A stretch of DNA of 64,000 bases from Zygnema circumcarinatum SAG 698-1b. Taxonomy: Eukaryota > Plantae > Zygnematophyceae. The first letter of the stretch is position 1. Every line of letters begins with the position of its first letter. The stretch is from the NCBI GenBank assembly GCA_037447605.1, contig CM074807.1, positions 4,042,829-4,106,828 of the forward strand, written 5' to 3'. Positions 54,758 through 64,000 of the stretch are shown in pieces. The notes beneath the pieces are model-generated. The model worked only from the letters and a program-made list of their open reading frames with translations. It searched no databases and had not been told where the DNA came from. Position numbers and translations under genes: made by a program.

Positions 54758-54815
54758 AAACCGAAACCGAAACCGGAACCGAAACCGAAACCGACACCAA
54801 CACCGAAACCGAAAC
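54758..54815. repeat. (AAACCG)n hexamer repeat, about 9 degenerate units
   Basis: aaaccgaaaccgaaaccggaaccgaaaccgaaaccgacaccaacaccgaaaccgaaac. Confidence 0.85.
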
Positions 54816-55266
54816 GTGCATAGTTTTTTTCAAGGGGTCCAAAATGTCTGGAGGCGAGGTCATATTCGAGGTCATTTGTCCATCTCGCATCATCATCATA
54901 TTGCCGCGTGGGAGGCATGGGAGGCAAAGCTCTACGAGTGAAAAACTTTGGAACAAAATTGCTTTTGACTGTGTCCTTCTCCTGCGCAGGTATTGCCGAG
55001 TGCTTCGCATACACACTGAAACTAATGGTACCCTCCTTTACCTATAGGAAAGGTCATCTTGAGCTCTATGTATCGATAAAATTATCCATCAAAAGAATCG
55101 TCCATAACTTAGACACTAAAAGTTGTGCCAACTTGAATAGTTTCTCTCTCGCCCACTCCCCCCTCTCTCTGTCTCTTTCTCCCCACACACCTCCCTCTCT
55201 CTCTGTCTCCCTCTCTCTCTCGCACATTTGTCTTCCTATCCTCTTGTCTGCAAACCGTTGGCCAGC

Positions 55267-58200
55267 TCACGCCACAAATGGTGCAAACACACAGCTTGAG
55301 TTGTGACCTCCAAATCCGAACGAGTTGGAAATTGCTGCAACGTTCAAATGGGAAGGAAATGAGAGGGAAAGGAACAGGAGAGGGAGCGAAAAAAGGATGA
55401 GCATTGCAGGAAACGGGGAGGAAGGAGGTCGGGCAGCATAGCAAAGGAGAGAAAGGGGATAGCGGCACAGGCGAGGAATGAGGAAAGTATTACAGGCAAA
55501 CGAAGCACTGTGGTACAGGATCCGAGTATGCATAGGAAACGACAAGGCGTTGCTAAGTGGCAAGCAGGTCACATAAACATACCAACATGGACTTCATGTT
55601 GTTTCTTCTCGTTCGGCACAGTGTCATATGTCACGGCATCCTCCAGGTCCTGAATCTCGCCCATCCCCATCCGGCAGTTTAACAGCACAAGTGACCAGTC
55701 AAAGATGAGGACAAAATGGTCACAAAGATGAGAAGACAACCTCAGCAAGTAATGCCAACCTTAAAGAAAGTCTTGGTCAGGCACAGAGATAAGCAGACTT
55801 CGCTTCATAGTCTTCAGTCTCTCACCCACACAAAAACGGGTGAGAGAGCAACAGGGCACAAATACCTTGTAGGAGAGCACACTTTTCGAACAGCATAGCC
55901 AGATTATTTAATTAGTGACAAGTTCGCTATCCACATAGAACATAAGGAGATCCTAAACGTGCAAACACAGTTGAAAATACAACTCACAAACACTCACAAA
56001 TTGGTTGAGGCTCGGATGAAGCCAGCCGGTTGTGATGGCTTTGATGGTTGCGATGGCCTCCAGGCCACCCGCCGCTCCAAGGCAGTGGCCAATCATAGAC
56101 TGCCACATACCACGCAGACAACGCACTCAAGACCGTTACGAAAATTAAATTCAGACAGAGAGGCTCGGAATGAAAACCACCATCATACAATGAGCTCCAC
56201 ATATCCATCTTGGGAGAATTGTCAACGTAAATGACCACTTTGCTTGGTACTGCTCCGTATTTTACCTTCGTTGCATTCATCTTGATATCTTTGGACTCCT
56301 CTCCAAACACGAGCTTTGTAGCCCTCACTTCTGCCAAGTCTCCAACAATAGTTGAAGTCGCATGTGCGTTGATATAGTTCACCTGCGCCAAAGTGAAAAC
56401 GTCTTCAGTGGGTATCTTCCACATCAGCTTAACCTTCTTCTTCCGTTAAGTGCAAGCAGGAAGTCGGACAAAGGAAAAGGATACAAATAAGGGAAAGTTG
56501 ACGGATTTGCCATCCTATCCTAGCAAAGAAAAGAGGTTACGTTCAGTGTGGGGCCTGCCAAAAACTGGAAAACATTGCTCAGGCTCACTTGGTCAGAATA
56601 GCACAAGTGTGGAGCAATTGGTTGGCCCTTCAGAAGATTACAATCATCGCATAGCTAGAACCTGCATTGTCCCATGGAGTCCTTAGTACGAGCCATGTAC
56701 CTCTTCCGGTGCCACCCCGGCATCTTCTAATGCCTTCTCAATGCAGGAAGACACACCGAGACCTTCGGGATGGGGATCGGTAATGTGATGGGCATCACAC
56801 GTTACAGCTCCTCCAAGATATTCACAAATGATCGGAACACCTCGCTTCTGTGCACTTTCCAAACTTTCCATCACCTGCATTTGCATCCAAGAACTAGGGA
56901 AAGACCATCAGGAAAAATTTGATGCCGGTCTTGCAAAATGACGGAACCGACTAATCACCGTAGGTGAAAGCTTTGGCCACTTCCTGCAGTTTTCACCTCT
57001 TTCGCCTGCACTGAGTTTGTACCATCACTAAACGGCCCTGTGACGTAGATTCCTTAGGTGTGTGTAAAACATTTTGCAGACTTGCTTCGTTTTCAAGTTT
57101 TAAACACTATTGGATATGACAGCACTCGTGAACTGGGGAAGCTAGGAAATCCCAAGCGCCTTCAACCATTTGAACATTAAAATGACAAAATACTTAGTTA
57201 GTATAACTATATTTGCTTTGTCCTTTGTGGACAGTGACCAACAGTCATCCCAACTATATAAATCTCCTCACAGGATGTTTTATATGCAGTACGAAATCCG
57301 GCAGAGTAGTTCAGTCCATTTTGTCACATTTATGCCCCACTTTTGTAAACTCGTGCACGGATATTGTGTGCGACTACTAGCATCGTTGAAGTTCATTAAA
57401 CTATGAAATATACACACAAAAAATAAACCTGGTCCTGGAGATTTCCCAGACCTAGCCGCTGCAACAGATGATCTGTGGGTCGTAATCATGCTCTTAGTGG
57501 TTCTTCCCGATTTTAAGAATTATGACCTGTAGTTCAGACTTTGGGATGGTGCACTGTTGAAGCGGTCACTCTGCCTTCACGTCCTCTACTCTCCCGCAGC
57601 TCACTAACATACCATCGCCCTCACACTCCCTAACCCCCTCCTTCAGTCTCGCTCTCATTTCTTTGCCCTCCGCACATACCTCGTTATTGTTCTTCCCTTT
57701 CTCTCATTTTCCCTACCCCCTCCCCGTCCCCCTTCTTCCTTTCCCTAATGTCTGAGGTAGGTGCTTCTAAGCATGGAATAGCTGCGGTAGAAACTTTTCA
57801 GTGGACACTGTATTTAGTTCATGTAGAGGAAGCAGAAAACTGGTGGAGAGCATTTTCTGGTGAGAAAACTTACCAACACGCCACAGCCTTCCCCCATGAC
57901 GAATCCTTCTCTCTGTTTATCCCAGGGACGGGAAGCTGTCTTTGGATCATCATTCCGAGACGAGAGGGCTCTGCAGGCAACGAAGCCTCCAAGGCCAATT
58001 GGAATAATTGCAGCTTCAGCTCCTCCAGCAATCATAATGTCAGCTTCCCCTCTGCATAATGGGAAGCAAACAAACATATGTCAGAAGACCACGAGTTTAA
58101 AAGACACAAGTAGTCTACATGAATAACATCCTGAGGCCGTGACATTACCTGCGAATGTGACTTGCTGCAGCGACGAAGCAATAATTGGAGGTAGCGCAAG

Positions 58201-59410
58201 CTGTGGAGATGGAATAGTTAGGTCCCATAAGGCCAAGCTCAATCGCTAGGAGAGCACTTCCCATGTTAGTAAGTGTGTAGGGGATAAAGAAGGGGCTCAT
58301 TTTCTTGTAACCTTTGTCCTTCAGGGATAGAACAGCTTCTGAGAATGCACTGAGACCTCCCATTCCCGAACCAACAAGGACTCCAACCCGGGTCCTGTCC
58401 ACCTTCAAAGAAATACACAGCAAAGTACGTGGCGTTTACAAAGTGGAGAAAAGAAATTCACGGACATTAAAAGGAGACTAGAGAATGAAGAGCTTGCACA
58501 AAAAGAAATGACTCCTATGTATGTGCAATTCGTCAATCCTTGTCATGAATTGTCAGATAGCCGCAATGCGACATGATTAGCCGCGCTAAAGTAAACTCAC
58601 TCACGCATATCATAAGTCTCATCGTAGCTGACAATGCACAGAATGCTGCCTAAAGGCGCCAAGCTTTCCACATGCAGTATTTTCATCAGTGTCGTTTCCT
58701 TTCATTTGCAATACCTTAGTCCATGCATCTCCTGTTAAATGTGCATGTTGCACAGCCTTCTTCCCGGCAACAATTGTGTATCGAAGGTAATTATCAAGCC
58801 GTCTGTCGTTCTTGGGATCCACAAGGCCTTCTGAAGAGAAGTTCTTAATCTGAGCAGCAAATCTTGTCGGAAAGTTTGACGCGTCAAACCGGTCAATTAG
58901 TTCTACCCCGCTGTTGCCTTCCAACAGGTTATCATAGAAAACATCTACATCGTTTCCAAAGACAGAGACACAGCCCATTCCTGTGATAACGATTCGTTTC
59001 TTGGGGTCGGTTTCTCGCGCAGGAGCAGAAGCCAACGAAGCCTGCGCTTGCACGCTGAAAGTTTTCTTTGCTCCTGCGTTTATTAAGACACTATGTCAGC
59101 AATTTCGTCACAAAGGAAAAAAAAGTTTACTTGAAGAATCACCGAAAACCTGACGCTTCATTCAATTGCTTAAAAAGAAAACTTGCAGTTCGCAATGGTT
59201 ACGTGACAACCAGCAAGCACAGCAGTCCTGTCAAGCACTCTTAGAATCATTAACTTAAGTTCCTGACGGGCAACGACCTGCAGGAGCAAGTTTTTGGAAC
59301 GATGATGATCTCAGACGAGCCATTTCAGCTTCTTTGTCCCCTGCTTTCCAGCCATGTGCTCCCAGAAATGTCGCTCCTGACGTATTCGCAACAGCAGCTG
59401 TGGCAGCCAT
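55267..59410 (-). CDS. KAS1: Plastid 3-oxoacyl-[ACP] synthase I (KAS I), copy 2; multi-exon
   Basis: [58 protein letters not shown]; same intron positions as copy 1. Confidence 0.95.
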
Positions 59411-59860
59411 GGCAGTCATGCTTCCTTCACCAACTTAGCACCCGAACACTCTCTTCAGGACCTTCCCAAACCTTCAGATATACCTCACAAAAAATTCAGA
59501 AGCCTCCCACCTAAATGCAGATGCAAGGGGACCTACCTCCGCTGCATTTAATCAGGCCAACCTAATGCAGGAAAGAAAAAAGCAACAAGATGCTGAAGTT
59601 GCAAACGGCAAGACCAGCAAGGACGCGCGGCAGAAAGCTCGAAACTGAGTGTCTGCGAGATGCTAAGTAGAATCTCAACAGAATGAATCTTCAGTGCTCT
59701 CCGACATTGAAAATATATTACAAAGCTGCACTATATGTATACGTATGTATAGTATGCAGCAGCTGCAAGCGCCCCCGCTCAGCAAGGAAAGCTCCCTCCC
59801 TGCTTAGTTAGGGGGTTCTAAGGGAGCTCTGGGAGAGAAACTTGGGCAGGAGCAGGGATC

Positions 59861-59872
59861 TGCCACGTGGCA
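59861..59872. promoter_or_regulatory. Perfect palindromic G-box TGCCACGTGGCA in the KAS I-2/ELIP divergent promoter
   Basis: 12-bp palindrome; a second CACGTGGC at about 59940; TATA-like CATAAATA at about 60259. Confidence 0.55.
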
Positions 59873-60411
59873 GGCACTCGTCGACAGAGCGCTCTGATTG
59901 GCTGGAAACCGATCCACCCTGGCGGCCGTCCGCACCCGGCACGTGGCAGCTCCTCCGTACACCCCGTCATTTCTAACTGTGACATAGCTGCTTCCATGCG
60001 ACAAACCCGTAAAACGTCTTAATTTCTAGTTCACAGTTAAAACCCCGTATTACTGGTTCTTACGGCGTGTGGGACTGAAAACTGGTTCTATGCCACTCTC
60101 CGCAGCAGGGAACTCTCTGGCTCCCTTCCTTGCCAGATGGCGCGCGAGAGCTTCTCCACAACAGCTATGGCGGAAGCTCTGCCACCTCCGCTGCAGCGTG
60201 GCGCGCGGCCGAGGGGACTGCGTAGCCCTGCATGGCGCCTGCGAGCTCTCGGGGCCTCCATAAATACCTCGGTCAAGCGCTTACTTGGACAGAGTTGGTG
60301 TATATCATACATTCTGCCTCCTTTAAGAAAAGGATCTCGTTCTCTCCATAGAGATCAATCTCTTACGTTTCTTCTAGTAGCGAGTTTTTTTTATTTTTTA
60401 TTTAAAACAAT

Positions 60412-61717
60412 ATGGCAACCATTTCTATGCTTTCGGTGTCTGCAGCACCCGCTGCGGGTGCAACTTTCTCTCCCCTGCGCGTGAATCGCCGCCCTGCCGC
60501 TGGAGGACGACTTGCCGGGGGTTTCCGCAATGGGAAGACAGTGACCTGCCAAGCTGGCAAGGACGACCGCCTTGGAGCTGTAAGTGTCTTGTCGCAAGTT
60601 TTTCCAGAGGACATGTTCGGCGCTAGTTTCGAGAATTCATGACGCTGGCCTTACTGCTTAAGCCTTACTAACTTTTTGGAGCTCAATTTGGACCAAATCT
60701 GCACTTCGGTGCTTCTATTCTGTTGGGAATTGCGAGCAATTGTGCAGCCGTTAACAGCATTGACTGATGCTCTTGCTCCCTTGTTCTATTTGCAGCTGAA
60801 AGACGCAGTTGATCAGACTAAGGTGCCTATCACCCCTGAGAAGGTTCAGCAAAATCAGGAGAACAACTGGAGTGAGAAGCAGTCCGTTTTTGGAACCATC
60901 CCAGCTCGCGGAACCACTATTCCTCGTGCTGAAGCTGACCGGCGTCCAGAACTTGGAAACACCACCTTCGGCAGCATTATGTCCTTTGACGGACCTGGAC
61001 CAGAGACCATCAACGGCCGACTTGTAAGCTCGGTCCCTGTACTTCAGTGTTTCTCCTTAGCTGCTTTCGTCTGCTTCTGCTTCTGCTATAGCATACAGTC
61101 TTTGGGTGTTCGATTACATTGTTTCCTTCTATCTCTAATATGGACTTAAGATCTGATCGCCACTAACCCGGCATTACTACAATCTATTGATCTTCTGTTT
61201 GTACTCGTGTCTGCAGGCTATGGTGGGTTGTGCTTGGGGCTTCATCTCTGAGATCCTTACGGGCGAGCGAATTGTTGACCAGGTCAACTATGCGGGCAGC
61301 CCTGGCCTTTTCTGGCTGCTCGCCACTGCGCAGGTCCTCATCTTTGCATCTTTGGTGCCACTTTTCAATGGCGAGTCTCCCGACAGCCGCAGGTATGCAA
61401 TTGCTGACTTATTCGCCTTGTGGTTTGCAATGATATTGCTGGCACGCAAAAAGTCTGGAAAAAATGAAAGAGCACCTGGAGAGAGAAAATGGGAGAAGAG
61501 ACGCTCAAGCTAGTTTGCATATGCATGTTGCCACTGGATTCAAAGTTGACAAACAATTGGAATCATCTGATGGAAGAGATCTATTGTATTTTGCTGCTTC
61601 AGGAATGGTCCCTTCACTGCCCAGGCAGAGCGATGGAACGGCCGCTTGGCTATGGTGGGATTTGCTGGAATTCTTATTTGGGAGTACATCTTCGGACGCG
61701 CTCTTTTCCACTTTTAA
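60412..61717 (+). CDS. ELIP: Early light-induced protein (three-helix LHC-like), 4 exons
   Basis: Transit peptide; FDGPGPETINGRL|AMVG and AERWNGRLAMVG chlorophyll-binding motifs; stop at 61715-61717. Confidence 0.9.
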
Positions 61718-62748
61718 GTGAAGATGAATGTGAAGTGAAACTGCACTCGGGATTTTCAAACCGGTTGGAAATTTTGGAAAATCACGTAGTTGTATAGTAC
61801 TCTGTACAGTAAGCCTGCTCTTCGATGTCCTGTTTCTTTCAAGTTCCTGCTGCAAAGTGCTGTTCCAGCTTGAATAGAATTTATTCGGGGGGAACGGCTT
61901 GTGCAAATGATGAAAAACTTTGTGCAGGTTACTTTGGCAATAAAGAGAATTGTGTTGGGTGTACTTTTTTGCAATGGGAAATTGTCGGTGAAATTTTGGT
62001 TACTGTTTTAAACTGTGCGAAACAGCCGAAAATCTGTTTCAAGCTTGGCTGAGTACAGGAGCCGTCTTCTTGAGATATGAATGTGTTTTATGATTGACAA
62101 TAAAATAATTTCACTCTCTACACACATTATGCATCGGGGCACCTTTCCGATGCCATGTTTCAAGTTTGAAACACATTGCCAATGGTTGGCTACACCTGCC
62201 AAGCAATTTCCAGGCAATCGTTGGCGAGCAATGGTTGAAACCACTAACCACTGCAATGATTGATACAAAGGTTTGACGAAAAAGGTTTGACAGTTCAGAA
62301 AATTTACAACACTGTTGCCGGCACTTGCACTATAAATACGGTACTTGCAGCAATGAAGGCTACTGGATATTCTCTAAATTAGATACTGTATTTCTATGTT
62401 AATAAGCCTATCCTCTCCCCTTTCAGGTTGAGCTATGTGTCTTTGACAAGGTAATAGCATTGATAACTTTGAGTTGAACTCTCCATAAGGAGTTGAGTCT
62501 TTCCATATTTTTTGTTGATGTTGATGTAGATAATGATGTTCACATCATCAACATTGTCGTTACGAGCCACAACACCAGATTTAGAAGGTGAAGAAAGAAA
62601 TGGAAGGTGCCGAAGATTCTTCATGACACAATTTTGCAATATTTCCATATTCAAGGGGAACATATACACTTGTGGAACAGACGAATCTATTCATATACGC
62701 AAGACAAGCTCAATTCCTGCATTGCTTGGACCCGCCAAGCAGAGCACC

Positions 62749-63941
62749 TTATACCCTATTGGCTGCTAAGATCTCCTGATAAACGAAGTCGATGAAGCGG
62801 TCATCCTGGATTTGAGCGAGAGGGAAAGAGAGACAGAGAAAGAAGTCAGAGAAAGAGAGAGACTGAGGACAAAGTCAACAGCCTTCTGGGCTTTTGTGGA
62901 ATATCAAAGTGGAGAGAATAAGGAAGAATTTATGAAGGCGCCAATAAACTGACCTGCGCAAGCCGAGACAAAGCGCTTCGGACGCCTTCTTTGGTCAGAA
63001 CTACTGTCGCAGACAACGGAACGGACGGAACTGCAAGAGATGGAGATGGTGCTGGTGGTGGAAACGGCTGCAGCAACGGAGCTCCATGTGGCTGCAGGGG
63101 GAGGCTGGTGGCAGCAGAAGATGAAGGCAGAATTGGGGGGAGAGAAGCAGGCTGGACGGAAGCCTGAACCGGGAGAGGGGGAGGGACAAAGAAAGAGGGT
63201 TTGATAAGGCTTGGATTGCTAATGCTGGGCAGAGAAGAAGAACTAGAAATAGAAGAGAGGGAAGTGATAGTCTGCAAAGAAACTGCAGAAGATGGAAGGG
63301 TGGTGTGAACGGGGGGAGGGAGGGTAGGGGGAAGTGCAGGCGGTAGTTGGGAAGGAGCATGTTGGGGGAGAGGAGGAGGTGATGATTCTGACGATTGAGT
63401 CATCTGTAGAGCCGCCTGCTCCCCTCCAAAGACCCCATTTCAACTTCAGGCTTATTGTACAAAATGCAAAATCTTATCTGAAGGCGAAAATCTCTTCTTG
63501 TGCTCGTACTAAGCAGCTTTCTGACTCCTTTGGGGTAGAGTTAACGTTCTCAATGGACAAACGGCGGCCTGAAGCCCCTAAAGCTTTATATGTTCATCAG
63601 AAGCTTCCGTTTCATCGATTGTGCTTATCCTTACCGCAAAAAAATGTTCAAATGGGTTCTCTGGTGGCTGAAGCTCCTCAGCGGGAGCTGTGGGAGGCAT
63701 GAGAGGCTCCAAAGGACCCTCCACTGTGGCTGCTGTTGGCACCGCCTCCAACTCCTCAAACTCCCTACTGCAATTGATCACATTTTCAGTTCAGTTAAAC
63801 ATTTCTAAAAATATAAATCCTTGAACATAGAACTGTCTCTAGGGTTCACTGATGAAATAGAACGGAAGGACGGCGTGGCATTACCTCGGAGGAGTGAGGA
63901 CTTTGGCTTTTGGTGGAGCCTTAGAGAAAGCATTCAATATT
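62749..63941 (-). CDS. DCP1: mRNA-decapping subunit DCP1, 3' part (5' exons lie beyond the window)
   Basis: ILNAFSKAPPKAK|SREFEELEAVPT.A.VEGPLEP, Pro/Ser-rich linker, C-terminal trimerisation-like helix LTKEGVRSALSRLAQ|DDRFIDFVYQEI. Confidence 0.85.
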
Positions 63942-64000
63942 CTGCAAGCACTCAACTTTGGAGTGAGTAAACAAAATAGATTGTAACACCACCACGTTTT

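Noticed and set aside
54758-54815. (AAACCG)n as hAT subterminal repeats or an interstitial telomere
   Set aside because: No TIRs or TSD nearby, and it differs from the TTTAGGG-type repeat.
54533-55130. Possible plus-strand gene remnant starting ATGGCTGCTTCT
   Set aside because: Early stop, no consistent exon chain and no recognisable domain.

Overview
Intron-rich eukaryotic nuclear DNA from the streptophyte (green plant) lineage. The gene density (about 14 loci in 64 kb), short introns packed with CT/GA low-complexity tracts and divergent plant-type proteins suggest a streptophyte alga such as a zygnematophyte; this is inference, not determined. I reconstructed the spliced genes by hand from GT(GC)-AG sites and reading-frame phase. 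In order they are: a USP-domain receptor-like cytoplasmic pseudokinase, RPA49, a small 4-exon gene absent from the ORF track, a VQ-motif protein, an OSB-type organellar ssDNA-binding protein, PRDA1, KAS I copy 1, a Raf-like kinase, a fungal-type membrane GT2 glycosyltransferase with lesions, CLPTM1, an internal FEN1 fragment abutting a PARP-like fragment, KAS I copy 2, ELIP and the 3' part of DCP1. The most unusual observations are: (1) a PRDA1 intron with about 24 tandem copies of its own complete 3' splice-site cassette; (2) a recurrent CCAAT-N9-CCACGT composite promoter element (6 perfect copies, twice as a symmetric inverted pair); (3) the fungal-type GT2; (4) the FEN1/PARP-like chimera; (5) dense GTAC clusters. 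I found no rRNA, tRNA, CRISPR or autonomous transposon. Most long ORFs in the supplied track are low-complexity artefacts. All coordinates and family calls come from reading by eye and recalled family motifs, with no database search.
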